NCBI GenBank assembly: GCA_964016885.1
Contig: OZ024753.1
Span: 20,150,001 to 20,214,000, forward strand
Origin: Eledone cirrhosa
Taxonomy: Eukaryota
Direction: 5' to 3'
DNA length: 64,000 nt
This document shows, in pieces, positions 11,872 through 28,095 of the stretch (the stretch's first letter is position 1; each line of letters begins with the position of its first letter). The notes under the pieces are model-generated. The model saw nothing but the letters and a program-made list of their open reading frames with translations. It was not told the origin of the DNA and ran no database searches. The position numbers and the translations under genes are program-made.

Positions 11872-12004
11872 CTTATACTCCGTTTTACATCATCTAGCTG
11901 TTCCCTCGAATGGAATTGGAGATATACAAAAGCGTGGAGAACTTAATAGGCTAACATAAAGTTATTGGACCATTTTACACAACCAATATTGCATCTTACT
12001 ATAT

Positions 12005-12040
<36 letters not shown>

Positions 12041-12535
12041 CACACATACATTTATAAACATACATACACACATATATATATACACACATATATACACGTA
12101 TGCATATATACACATACACACGTATGCATATATACACATATACACGTATGCATATATACACATATACATATATATATATATATATAAACATATATATATA
12201 CACATATACATATATATACACATACACACACAAATACACACACATATATATATATATACAGACATACACACATACATACATATACACATAGATATACATA
12301 TATATATACTTACATATATACACACATACACATATATGTACACATACACACGTATATATATACACATATACACATATATACACACTTATACATATACATA
12401 TACACATATATATATATACTCACATATATACATACACACATATATACACAAACGTTCACATACCTACATTTATACATAAATATATATGCACATATATATA
12501 CACACATATATACACACATATATACATATATATAC

Positions 12536-12612
<77 letters not shown>

Positions 12613-12773
12613 TACATACACAGATGTATACATATATACATACATACACATACATATACACATACACACATATATATATATATATATACACATATATATT
12701 TAAATACATATACCTACACATACACAGACATATATACATATATATACACACACACGTACGCACACACACACAC

Positions 12774-12837
<64 letters not shown>

Positions 12838-12909
12838 ACATACACATACAAACAGATACACACATATATATATACATATACAAACACATACACACATATA
12901 CATATATAT

Positions 12910-13565
12910 ATACAAATAAGTACTCATAAATATACGCATATACACAGGCACATAAAAACACCTCTACAGGCAGAAAATGCAGATAGGTAAGAGGTACTCA
13001 CATAACCATAGTGGCCGTATTTCAGGTTGAGGAGGGGTGAGGTTGGGGTTACATCGGCATGACTTCCAATAACTTTAAGACCCCTTGGTATGCCCATACC
13101 CACTCCTCAGAAGACCGGACAAATCAAACCAGACAACACTCGCCTCCTATGTTTGGGACCTCAAAAGGAACTCCACCCCTTTACGCTTAAATGGAAAATA
13201 CTCCAGAAAGCGATGTCTTACAAGGGAGGACACAAGGGCTGCGACCTTTATATCTCAGAGAGCTATGAAATGTTATTCGCCAAGGGCCCGCTACTGAACA
13301 AACTTTCTGAACACTACCCGAACTGCATGCACAAGAACTTTGCAACTTTCAAACACTTTAAGCCAGTGTTAATGCCTGATGGCTAAAAACGACTTCCTCC
13401 TTTTAGCCCCTCTACCTCCTTCCCACCGCACCCCACCCCTCCTCAACCTGAAATACGGCCACTATGGTTATGTGAGTACCTCTTACCTATATGCATTTTC
13501 TGCCTGTTGAGCTGTTTTTATGTGCCTGTGTATATGCGTATATTTATGAGTACTTATTTGTATAT
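12910..13565 (+). mobile_element. Fold-back PLE remnant with frameshifted Naiad-like GIY-YIG C-terminus (13050-13386)
   Basis: Arms about 12910-13038 and 13434-13562. YIGMTSNNFK, NQTTLASYVWDLK, KWKILQKA, CDL...LNK...CMH. Confidence 0.8.
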
Positions 13566-13630
13566 ATATATATATATATATATGTATATGTGTGTATGTG
13601 TTTGCATATGTATATATGTGTGTATATGTT

Positions 13631-13688
<58 letters not shown>

Positions 13689-13707
13689 GTATATGTATAT
13701 ATATATG

Positions 13708-14417
13708 TGGTCTTTAAAGCGATGAAATACCAATGAAGTTTGGAAGATCACTGATGAAGGACTAACTTTATTCATATGTAACCCATATGCAACCACGCAG
13801 CACGTTTGTTTTCATATTCACACATATTTTCCTCCGTTGTGACCCGTCTATTTCGTTCTTACTGCTTCCTCTTTCTCTGTATCTTTCACCTCCCTTTACC
13901 CTCTCTAACAGTCACTCTCTCTGTTAGCCTCTTCCTCACCCTTCACTCACTCACTCTCTGTTACTACCTCTCCTACTTCCTCCTGTTTGAGCTGTGCGTA
14001 ATTCTTTTCTTGAGCACGCTTGACCAGGCTGGTTGTTCCTTTTTTCTCTCTTGTCTACGATTTCACAGAACTTATGTTCACCGAATTCAGAGACTAAACC
14101 CCTTCTTCCTCCCATTTGACCTGTGCGGAATTTCTTCCTTGCTCACATTTCCACTAGGTTTGATGGTCTTTATTTTCTCTCGTTCGCAATTTCACGGAAC
14201 TTATATTCATAGAAATCTGGGACTTGACTCTTTCTTCCTCACTTTTCGTTGCACTACTATCTTTGATTGTTTACAGTCTCGCTCGTTCCCCTTATTTACG
14301 TGTCCCAACGACTTTCTTTAGCCGTTGCTCGCACCAACCGGAGGTATATGGTCTTTAAAGCGATGAAATACCAATGAAGGTTGGAAGATCACTGATGAAG
14401 GACTAACTTTATTCATA
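13708..14417 (+). mobile_element. ORF-less element with terminal redundancy (641-bp period); inverted 1.5-unit copy at 22215-23170
   Basis: tggtctttaaagcgatgaaatacc...cactgatgaaggactaactttattcata at 13708 and about 14349. Confidence 0.75.
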
Positions 14418-14424
14418 TATATAT

Positions 14425-15277
14425 ATTGTTATAATTTGGGAGGGTCATGTTGCCAATAAGAAACAGACGCACCACTTGCTTTCACTTCAATTTATTATAA
14501 ATTAAATTTATAAATTTATAAATTTCCGATTGGTTGGTTGGTTCCGCAACCAGATGATTGTTCATATATTGTCAAAGTTCTTTCGTCAGACATTCTGTGA
14601 CCTCTTCAGTGACTGGGGATTCTTTTCTTTGTGTTATGACTCTTCTTTGTTCTGTCCTATTCCATCTTGTTTCTGTGTGTGCTGTGTGCTTAGTTTGCGC
14701 ATGTGTTACATCCGTGTCTGTGTGTGTTTATATTTGTTTATTTATTTGTTTATTTACATGTTACTGATTGATTGTTTGTTCTATGTGTGTGTGTGTTTTA
14801 ATTTTGTCCTTAATTGTAAGTTGTGAAGTTGCTGTTCCATTCATGTTTTCTATTTAATTTTGGTTGGAGTTCATTTATGTTTATTGCCTCTGTGATTTGT
14901 CTAAACATTGCGTCTTTTCTGTGTGTAGATTCTATTTTTATTTCTATGTTCTCTAATTTACCCTTATGTTCTATTTTAGCATGTTGGTGGAATACAGATA
15001 ATTCTTTACTATCTTGAAGCTCACGCCCGTGTTCATTTATCCGTTCTCCTATACTACGAGCTGTCTCACCTATGTACACTATATTCTTATCTCTGCATTG
15101 TCCTTCAGTACATCTTATGCTATATACAACATTTCTAGTTTTACAGTTAATATGTGGGCCTAATTTACAGATTATACATTTCTTATCTATACAGGGAGGT
15201 CTTTGAAAAGGGTATGTATTGCTAATAAGTGTTTTTATGGAGGTACCTGGTACCTCCATAAAATCCATAAAAACACT

Positions 15278-15282
<5 letters not shown>
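14425..15282 (-). mobile_element. PLE 3' fragment (GIY-YIG plus 3' UTR), same family as 29100-30925
   Basis: CIDKKCIIC...CKTRNVVYSIRC...YIGETARSIGERINEH...RQITEAI.I...P.LNRKHEW. Confidence 0.88.
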
Positions 15283-15331
<49 letters not shown>

Positions 15332-15450
15332 TAAAAAATAAGACTTCAGTTGCATTTTCGATTTCATCCCTTTTTCTTTATACTTCCACTCGTGTAGGAC
15401 ACCTCGGTTATTTTTCATTTTGTAAAAAAAACCTCACTTTCTAATATATA

Positions 15451-15510
<60 letters not shown>

Positions 15511-16098
15511 GTATATTTATGTGTATGTATGTGTCTATGTGTATATGTATGTATATGTATGTATGTGTATGTATCTATATATGTATATATCTGTGTATGT
15601 ATTTATTTATTTTTATATATATATATTTTTTTATATATATATATGTATATATGTGTGTATATATGTGTGTATATATATGTGTATATTTATGTATAAATGT
15701 AGGTATGTGAATGTTTGTGTATATATGTGTATGTATATATATATATATATATATGTATATGTATATGTGTGTATATATGTGTATATGTTTATATATATAT
15801 ATACATATATATATATATGTGTGTGTGTGTGTGTACATATATGTGTATGTGTGTGTATATATGTATATATATATATGTGTATGTGTATATGTATGTGTGT
15901 ATATATATATATATGTATATGTGTATATATGCATACGTGTATATGTATATATATATGTGTGTATATATATATGTGTGTATGTATGTTTGTGTATGTAGGT
16001 GTGTGTGTATATATATATATGTGTGTGTGTGTATATATATATATATGTGTATATATGTATATATATGTGTATATGTGTATATATATATATATATGTAC

Positions 16099-16140
<42 letters not shown>

Positions 16141-16143
16141 ATA

Positions 16144-16175
<32 letters not shown>

Positions 16176-16306
16176 CACGTACATATATATATATATATAC
16201 ACATATATATATATACACATATATATTTAAATACATATACCTACACATACACAGACATATATACATATATATACACACACACGCACACACACACACACAC
16301 ACACAC

Positions 16307-16354
<48 letters not shown>

Positions 16355-16426
16355 ACATACACATACAAACAGATACACACATATATATATACATATACAA
16401 ACACATACACACATATACATATATAT

Positions 16427-17085
16427 ATACAAATAATTACTCATAAATATACGCATATACACAGGCACATAAAAACACCTCTACAGGCAGAAAATGCAGA
16501 TAGGTAAGAGGTACTCACATAACCATAGTGGCCGTATTTCAGGTTGAGGAGGGGTGAGGTTGGGGTTACATCGGCATGACTTCCAATAACTTTAAGACCC
16601 CTTGGTATGCCCATACCCACTCCTCAGAAGACCGGACAAATCAAACCAGACAACACTCGCCTCCTATGTTTGGGACCTCAAAAGGAACTCCACCCCTTTA
16701 CGCTTAAATGGAAAATACTCCAGAGAGCGATGTCTTACAAGGGAGGACACAAGGGCTGCGACCTTTGTATCTCAGAGAGCTATGAAATTTTATTCGCCAA
16801 GGGCCCGCTACTGAACAAACTCTCTGAACACTGCCCGAACTGCATGCACAAGAACTTTGCAACTTTCAAATACCTTAAGGCAGTGTTAATGCCCGATTGC
16901 TAAAAACGACTTCCTCCTTTTAGCCCCTCTACCTCCTTCCCACCGCACCCCACCCCTCCTCAATCTGAAATACGGTCACTATGGTTATGTGAGTACCTCT
17001 TACCTGTCTGCATTTTCTGCCTGTATAGCTGTTTTTATGTCCCTGTGTATATGCGTATATTTATGAGTACTTATTTGTACATATA
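16427..17085 (+). mobile_element. Duplicate of the fold-back PLE remnant at 12910-13565
   Basis: Near-identical ORFs 13090/16607 and 13085/16602 (offset 3517), same inversion junction. Confidence 0.85.
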
Positions 17086-17093
17086 TATATATA

Positions 17094-17950
<857 letters not shown>

Positions 17951-18050
17951 AAATTGAGGTTGGTAATGGCACATGGAATATATAAGAGACAGAATACTTT
18001 TTTGTGAAAAAACATAATTTTATAAGGTAAGGAAATAATAAAGGGTATAA

Positions 18051-18098
18051 AAAATGACCGGTTTCGATGGGTCTGCAAAAGCCATCTTTTCAAATGTT
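18051..18098 (-). ncRNA. Hammerhead ribozyme, U3-A8 variant (family E)
   Basis: Reverse complement of 20817-20864; same sense as the EN ORF. Confidence 0.65.
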
Positions 18099-18448
18099 GA
18101 TTAATATTAAGAAAAATTAATAATACGAAGAGTTAAAATTTGAGACTTGAAAATTCAAGTATAAAATTCATTGTGGGATTTCATAGCAGTTTTCATCTAG
18201 GTAGCAACAACAGGTTGACTGCTGTGTCCCTTTCTGGTAGTGAATGAGAAGTTATTTGGGGTGTGGGTTATTTTATAAAGGTCAGATTTAGCAATCGCCA
18301 GCTGCTGGTCAGTGAGGGGGTGGAAGCAATATACACACACACATATCTTCCTGTGATGGGTAGGAGAGTGGAGCGTGATAGAAAAGGATTTAGTGCACTT
18401 ACACCTATATATACACACATACCTTCATCCACACATACATACATATAC

Positions 18449-18487
<39 letters not shown>

Positions 18488-18556
18488 CACACATACATAC
18501 ACACACACATACATATACATACACACATACACACACACACACATATATATACACAT

Positions 18557-18609
<53 letters not shown>

Positions 18610-18648
18610 TATATATACATACACATACATCCAGATACACACATACAT

Positions 18649-18681
<33 letters not shown>

Positions 18682-18686
18682 CACAC

Positions 18687-18722
<36 letters not shown>

Positions 18723-19324
18723 CCCCACACATACATACACACACACATATATATATACATACACACATACAAACATACACACACACACACACACACATAT
18801 ATATACACACATACACACACATATATATACACACACACACGCATATATATATATATATACACATACGCATACATCCAGATACCCACATACATACACACAC
18901 ACACACACACACACGCACACACAATACATACATCCACATGCACACACATACTCACACACACACACACACACATACATACACCCACACACAGAGAAATGGC
19001 CTTCAAATATATATATATATATATACATACAGACACATATATTTTTTCCATAATATAAGAAGTTGGGGCAGTGAAATTAAAATACAAGTCATTCTGATCA
19101 CATTGAGTTCTTCATGTAGATTGGGCCCCGCAACCGACAGTGGTGAATTCTGTGTGCGCACATATATATAGATATATGTGTGTGCACGTGCAGGGTTTAA
19201 CATGGATGTGTTGGTCACACAAAGGCATGGTCTGTCAATGAATAAACCTGATTCTACAGAATTGGTCTCTGGTCTTTAATAGTAGTGATTCCGTGCGTAT
19301 GTGTGTTTATATTTTATGACAATT

Positions 19325-19713
19325 CTATTGGGGTGATAACCCGTTTAGTTTTGGTTTAAATTTGTTAAGGAATAGATTTTCTTTGTTTATTCTTTGTTGT
19401 TGTGTGAACGAATCTGAGCACTTGTAGAAGGGGAAGATTTTAAAGTTGGGTAGTGTCATTCCTGCGCAGTTCGCAATATGGCTGCTCAAGGGGATTTTTC
19501 TTGTGTTAGCGTCCCGGATTTGTTGGCGGTGGATGGTCATTCTTTTGCGTAATGAGGTGCCCGTCTGTCCTATGTAGTTGTGTTTGCACCCACCGCAAGT
19601 TATTGCGTAAATCAAGTTCTCCGAGTTGCAGGTGAAATTGTTTTTTACTGTAAATGTTTGGCCATCTTTGAATGTAAATGTTTGTCCTTCAGTGAGGTAG
19701 AGGCACGTTCCAC
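19325..19713 (-). pseudogene. PLE GIY-YIG endonuclease fragment (Neptune-like Cys linker)
   Basis: CGTCLY...FTCNSENLIYAITCGGCKHNYIGQTGTSLRKRMTIHRQQI...R..KE..F...F.P.LN. Confidence 0.85.
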
Positions 19714-20184
19714 AACCCTGCACGTGCACACACATATATCTATATATATGTGCGCACACAGAATTCACCACTGTCGGTTGCGGGGCCCAATCTACATGAA
19801 GAACTCAATGTGATCAGAATGACTTGTATTTTAATTTCACTGCCCCAACTTCTTATATTATGGAAAAAATATATGTGTCTGTATGTATATATATATATAT
19901 ATATATATTTGAAGGCCATTTCTCTGTGTGTGGGTGTATGTATGTGTGTGTGTGTGTGAGTATGTGTGTGCATGTGGATGGATGTATTGTGTGTGCGTGT
20001 GTGTGTGTGTGTGTGTGTATGTATGTGGGTATCTGGATGTATGCGTATGTGTATATATATATATATATGCGTGTGTGTGTGTATATATATGTGTGTGTAT
20101 GTGTGTATATATATGTGTGTGTGTGTGTGTATGTTTGTATGTGTGTATGTATATATATATGTGTGTGTGTATGTATGTGTGGGG

Positions 20185-20264
<80 letters not shown>

Positions 20265-20303
20265 ATGTATGTGTGTATCTGGATGTATGTGTATGTATAT
20301 ATA

Positions 20304-20356
<53 letters not shown>

Positions 20357-20425
20357 ATGTGTATATATATGTGTGTGTGTGTGTATGTGTGTATGTATAT
20401 GTATGTGTGTGTGTATGTATGTGTG

Positions 20426-20466
<41 letters not shown>

Positions 20467-20816
20467 GTATATGTATGTATGTGTGGATGAAGGTATGTGT
20501 GTATATATAGGTGTAAGTGCACTAAATCCTTTTCTATCACGCTCCACTCTCCTACCCATCACAGGAAGATATGTGTGTGTGTATATTGCTTCCACCCCCT
20601 CACTGACCAGCAGCTGGCGATTGCTAAATCTGACCTTTATAAAATAACCCACACCCCAAATAACTTCTCATTCACTACCAGAAAGGGACACAGCAGTCAA
20701 CCTGTTGTTGCTACCTAGATGAAAACTGCTATGAAATCCCACAATGAATTTTATACTTGAATTTTCAAGTCTCAAATTTTAACTCTTCGTATTATTAATT
20801 TTTCTTAATATTAATC

Positions 20817-20864
20817 AACATTTGAAAAGATGGCTTTTGCAGACCCATCGAAACCGGTCATTTT
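20817..20864 (+). ncRNA. Hammerhead ribozyme, U3-A8 variant (family E)
   Basis: aacat-TTGAAAA-gatgg...ccatc-GAAA-CCGG-TC-atttt. Confidence 0.65.
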
Positions 20865-21004
20865 TTATACCCTTTATTATTTCCTTACCTTATAAAATTA
20901 TGTTTTTTCACAAAAAAGTATTCTGTCTCTTATATATTCCATGTGCCATTACCAACCTCAATTTTCTCTATAACCTTCGTTTTGTGTAGAATATTACACT
21001 TTTC

Positions 21005-21041
<37 letters not shown>

Positions 21042-21126
21042 GTGTGTATGTGTTTGTATATGTATATATATATATGTGTGTATGTGTTTGTATGTGTATA
21101 TATATATATATATGTATATGTATATA

Positions 21127-21244
<118 letters not shown>

Positions 21245-21852
21245 GGTGTGCGTGTGTGTGTATATATATATGTGTGTGTATGTGCATGTATATGTGTATA
21301 TGTATGTATATATATATGTGTATATATTATATATATGTATATATATATATATATATATATGTGTACATATATGTGTATGTGTGTGAATATATGTATGCAA
21401 AGGGCAAAGGAGCTCTTAAGTGTCAATGGCCATCCAAAATCACGCGGGAGAGATGACCACTTAGCCTTTGTCAAGGCAGAATTCTAGGAGAAGGAAAACT
21501 CTGATATAACACCTGCAACTCTGATTGTATCCAATGATGTTGACATGTTCTTCTTTTTGGTAAATATCATCTTGGTTAAGAGAGTCGGACTGGCTTTGTG
21601 CAGTGCCTTTGCTCACTATAAAAGCTTCACGTCACAGGCATTGTTTTATATCTGGAGACCTCTCTGCACTTGTCGTCACATGGTACCATGGGCCCAGCAC
21701 TATGTTTCAATAATTGTCACAAGTGTAGTGTTTGTACCAGGGTTTTCAAGTCGCTGACTGGACTAAAATCTCATACTCGTTCAGCGTACCGGTAGGAGTT
21801 CTCCTACATGGATATAAAGTAGTGGCCGTACTCGAAAACGAGTTGGCAGCCA

Positions 21853-21917
<65 letters not shown>

Positions 21918-22067
21918 TGTATATGTATGTGTATATGTATGTATGTCTGTATGTGTGTATATATATATATATATATATGGGTGTGTTTGTGTATATATGC
22001 ATACGTGTATATGTGTATGTATGTATATATATATATATGTGTATGTATGTTTATGTATGTATGTGTG

Positions 22068-23170
<1,103 letters not shown>

Positions 23171-23264
23171 ATGTATATATGTATATATGTGTTTGTATAT
23201 ATGTGTATATATATGTATATGTGTGTGTGTATGTGTGTGTGTGTGTGGCTGGGTGCGCATGTGT

Positions 23265-23863
23265 GTGTGTGAGCATGTGTGTTTGTGAATGTGTCTGTTG
23301 ACATTTGGAATATAGCTTAAGAGAAACTTGAAGATAATGGTATGATATGCACTCAGTATTTTGAACTGGTCTATAGAATTCTCTAGGCCTCGTCACTCTA
23401 AGTAGAACCTTAAAGAATTAGCTTTAAAAGACTTTCCCTTTTCTTTAAATCCATCAACCATGACACAGACCCAACGATCTTATAGACACCTGAAATATAG
23501 GCATTGTTAGCTTAAGAGAAACTTAAAAATAAGAAGCGGCACCCCATTCTGAACTTGTTTATAGATTTCTTTCTGCCTTTGTTACTCTAAATATAAATTA
23601 TAGCTTTAAAGAATTAGCTTTTAATGAATTCCCTTTTCTATCAACAAATGACCTCTACCCATCCAACTCCCTACCCTCTCCTACCACCTGAAGAGACTTA
23701 TAAATACCATATTTATTTTTTGATACCCAGATTCCTGATGACTTCTAAAGAATGAAACATTTCTAGTCCTGTAGAATCTCTTCTATATTAAAACTTTTAT
23801 ACTCTGCTATGTATTGAGAACCTTACTTACTGTAGTTACCTCCGATTCAACCTGGAATAACGT
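23265..23863 (+). mobile_element. Family B repeat with HHR motif at 23729-23779
   Basis: agattcCTGATGActtctaaagaatGAAAcatttctagtcctgTAgaatct. Confidence 0.75.
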
Positions 23864-23865
23864 AC

Positions 23866-23972
<107 letters not shown>

Positions 23973-24591
23973 TGTAGTTTAGAAAGCCACAATAATGCAG
24001 ATGGGAAATCTCGAGGTAGGAAGTGAGTAAGAAATAGGGGAAAAGTGTAAAATGAGAGAAACGAAAACAAAACAAAGGTAGAAGGATTACCGTAGTGGAG
24101 ATTTAATCCCAATATTTCGGGCTCACGCTCATCAACGGGGAGAAAGTTCCAAACAGGCTAAGCCGGAGAAAGTTGTTGTATTGTCGTTAAAACATAGGAA
24201 TGCCGTTATGGGGAAAATTCAAACGAGGGAAATAGTGCGCGTGCGCGTGATAGGCTGTAGCAAAAGCTACTGACCAATTGGGTTAGATCAATAGGGAGCG
24301 CTAGCGCGTGAAAGCCGTAAATTATGTGTGTGTAAATATATATGTGTGTGTAACTGTGTGTGTATATGTGTATGTGTGTATGTATGTGAGTGTGTGTGTG
24401 TGAAAGATAGTGGGCCGTAGAAGCTGGAATTCAAAGGGTGTGAAAGGTGGTAGGTTGTATAAACATGTGTGCGTGTATAAATATAGATGTGTGTGTGTGT
24501 GTATATGTATGGGTATACATATAAGTGCGTGTGTGTGAAAGATAGTAGGCCGTAGGGGCTGTTACTGGTCACTATGGTTAGATTAGCCATG

Positions 24592-25242
24592 TCAGTTCAT
24601 TTCTATTAGCCCGGTTGTTAAGTGGGGTCTGAGGTTCTTAATAACAAGTGCTTCCTTTATCCTTAAGGATCCGATGCTGCGTTCAGTCGCTAGGACTGTG
24701 ACCAAGGGTCTGCCCTGTGGGTTTCCGCATTTAAGGATGTGTTTACGGAAGGAAGATGCGTTGGTGTTGACATGTTCCTTGATACGAACATGTAGGGGTC
24801 GGATGGTGCTACCTATGTAAAACTTGTTACATTTATCGCATTGAATCTTATATACGACATAGGTGCGTAGGCAATCTGCCCCCCGTATCGGGCAGTTGCT
24901 GAGGGAACACGTCCCATCTGACTCGTCGGGTTTGGTGGAGAGGCATCTTCGGAGCGAAGGTCCTGTGTGGGCCAAATGTATATCAAGTCCCTCCCTCCAT
25001 ATGGCCCTACGGATGGCGTTCGTGGTATATTCACTCAGGTGAGGGATTTTAAAGAAGCACTTGTATTTATCTAAGTTTCTAGTGGGTGTCTGTCTATTGG
25101 GTCTCGGGTCTCTAATTCCGTCAATCAGTCGTTTGGGATATCCATTAGACTTGAGTAGATTACGGAATTGCGTTGTATGGGTGACACCACCCATCGGGTC
25201 GCTGCATCTATTAGTGATCCGTATAAGTTCATTTAGGACATA
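24592..25242 (-). pseudogene. Inverted duplicate of the PLE thumb/linker/GIY-YIG region, frame intact
   Basis: YVLNELIRI...CSLSNCPIRGADCLRTYVVYKIQCDKC...RIKEH. Confidence 0.85.
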
Positions 25243-25329
25243 TGGACTAACATCTGTGTCCAACGACAACTGCCAAAGAAGGTAAAAAATAAAAATAAAA
25301 AATAAAAAAAAAATAAAAATAAAAATAAC

Positions 25330-26773
25330 ATAACGACTAGAAACAGCAAACTACCCACCTTCTACCACCTGGTGAAAACACATAAACAAGGACCCGATTT
25401 GAAAATCAGGCCCATTGTCTCTAGCGTGGAGGGCCCACTTTACAAAATATCGTGGCTGCTCTCTGCATTACTGAAACCCATTCTACACACACTACCAGCC
25501 CACGTCTGCAGCTCAAAGGAGGTCTTGGAGCGACTACACCATCTGGCGCCCAGCACCAGAAAGGACAACGGATATGCCTTCAATCTTGATGTGGTCGCCC
25601 TTTATACCTCCGTACCAGCATCCCCAGCCGTCGACCTGTTAACCGAACGAGTCCGAGCATCTAACTTACACTGCTTCGAACTCACACACACGGACATCCA
25701 CCAACTCCTCTCCTTCGTTGTGGATAATGCATTCTTTAATTTCCTCGGCCACACGTACAAACATATCTCTGTGCTACCTATGGGCTCTAGTCTGTCCGGC
25801 ATACTTGCGATCTCGTACATGGACCACCTGGAACGCAAGGCACTCAACACCTGCCAACCCAACGCCGTCGCCTTCTACTCCAGATACGTTGATGACATAC
25901 TGATACTCACTTCTTCCCGGGAGATGGCGAATGAAATTCACCAAATCTTTAACGACACTGACCATCACGTCGATTTCACCATCGAACACCCTGAAGAAGA
26001 CGGGTCATTCGCCCTCCTCGACTTCCGTATCAACATCTCGGAAGAAGGAGCCATAAACACCACCTTCTACCGCAAGGCAGCGTGCAAGGACTTATTTGTG
26101 CATTACAACTCAGCACTCCCCAACAACGCTAAGAAGGGCTATGTCCTAAATGAACTTATACGGATCACTAATAGATGCAGCGACATGATTACGCAATTCC
26201 GTAATCTACTCAAGTCTAATGGATATCCCAAGCGACTGATTAACGGAATTAGAGACCCGAGACCCAATAGACAGACACCCACTAGAAACTTAGATAAATA
26301 CAAGTGCTTCTTTAAAATCCCTCACCTGAGTGAATATACCACGAACGCCATCCACAGGGCCATACGGAGGGAGGGACTTGATATACATTTGGCCCACACA
26401 GGACCTTCGCTCCGAAGATGCCTCTCCACCAAACCCGACGAGTCAGATGGGACGTGTTCCCTCAGCAACTGCCCGATACGGGGGGGCAGATTGCCTACGC
26501 ACCTATGTCGTATATAAGATTCAATGCGATAAATGTAACAAGTTTTACATAGGTAGCACCATCCGACCCCTACATGTTCGTATCAAGGTACATGTCAACA
26601 CCAACGCATCTTCCTTCCGTAAACACATCCTTAAATGCGGAAACCCACAGGGCAGACCCTTGGTCACAGTCCTAGCGACTGAACGCAGCATCGGATCCTT
26701 AAGGATAAAGGAAGCACTTGTTATTAAGAACCTCAGACCCCACTTAACAACGGGGCTGAGAGAAATAAACTGA
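25330..26773 (+). pseudogene. PLE reverse transcriptase plus GIY-YIG, frameshift in the G-run near 26485
   Basis: LPTFYHLVKTHK, RPIVS, LDVVALYTSVP, LPMGSSLS, RYVDD, FTIE, LLDF, FYRK; then VVYKIQCDKCNKFYIGST.R.L..RIK.H, LRIKEALVI. Confidence 0.92.
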
Positions 26774-26853
26774 CATGGCTAATCTAACCATAGTGACCAG
26801 TAACAGCCCCTACGGCCTACTATCTTTCACACACACACACTTATATGTATACC

Positions 26854-26885
<32 letters not shown>

Positions 26886-27453
26886 TCTATATTTATACAC
26901 GCACACATGTTTATACAACCTACCACCTTTCACACCCTTTGAATTCCAGCTTCTACGGCCCACTATCTTTCACACACACACACTCACATACATACACACA
27001 TACACATATACACACACAGTTACACACACATATATATTTACACACACATATTTTACGGCTTTCACGCGCTAGCGCACCTATTGATCTAACCCAATTGGTC
27101 AGTAGCTTTTGCTACAGCCTATCACGCGCACGCGCATTCTTTCCCTCGTTTGAATTTTCCCCATAACGGCATTCCTATGTTTTAACGACAATACAACAAC
27201 TTTCTCCGGCTTAGCCTGTTCTCCCCCTTTTGGAACTTTCTCCCCGTTGATGGGCGTGAGCCCGAAATATTGGGATTAAATTTCCACTACGGTAACCCTT
27301 CTTCCTTTGTTTTGTTTTCGTTTCTCTCATTTTACACTTTTCTCCTATTTCTTACTCACTTCCTACCTCGAGATTTCCCATGTGCATTGTTGTGGCTTTC
27401 TAAACTACATATTTTACATATTTCACAATGCTTCAAGCAAACTTTAACACCCT

Positions 27454-27518
<65 letters not shown>

Positions 27519-27873
27519 GCATATATATACAAATATATATATACACACACGTATATACACACACATACATACAAATATATGTATATGCACACACACATAC
27601 TGATACTATATACACACACACACATATATATGTACACTCACACATGTATATATATAGGCATACACTTATGCATACACATACACATACACACACATATACA
27701 TATTCACAAACACACATATACTCACACATGTTTTCTCCTATATCATTTTCTATATTTGTTTAGTTGTATTTAAAATGTTTGAATGTCCTTCTAATTTTAT
27801 GGTTACATACTAAAATTAATTCTTGTCTTTTATTTAATAGACTGTCCTTTTTTGTATTCTTCAATAAACAAAA

Positions 27874-28014
27874 CTCATTATTTCTGAAGACGGCGGTTAG
27901 TGAAGACGTATGTATTTTTTCTTACTATGATATTTTGTAATATATTTTACATAGATCAATAATTGAAAGGACATACGGGGAACTACCCCCCAGAAACGAT
28001 CGTAAAATAATGAG
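27874..28014 (+). ncRNA. Hammerhead motif with about 100-nt helix II (family F)
   Basis: ctcattattt-CTGAAGA-c...a-GAAA-CGATCG-TA-aaataatgag, 10-bp helix I. Confidence 0.75.
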
Positions 28015-28095
28015 TGTTACTATGAATTAACTGTTTAGTGTTTAATTTCATTGTTTTAATATTTCTATATATATATATATATAAATATATATATA

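Noticed and set aside
21390-21855. GC-richer unique block as an exon or transposon ORF
   Set aside because: The frames I translated contain stops and no recognisable motif; left unassigned.
27241-27275. HHR in the pLTR of the 23968-27450 PLE (cccgTTGATGggcgtgagcccGAAAtattggga; mirror near 24107-24141)
   Set aside because: Position and the AATATT palindrome fit, but neither arm has a complete core with a paired helix II; probably degenerate.
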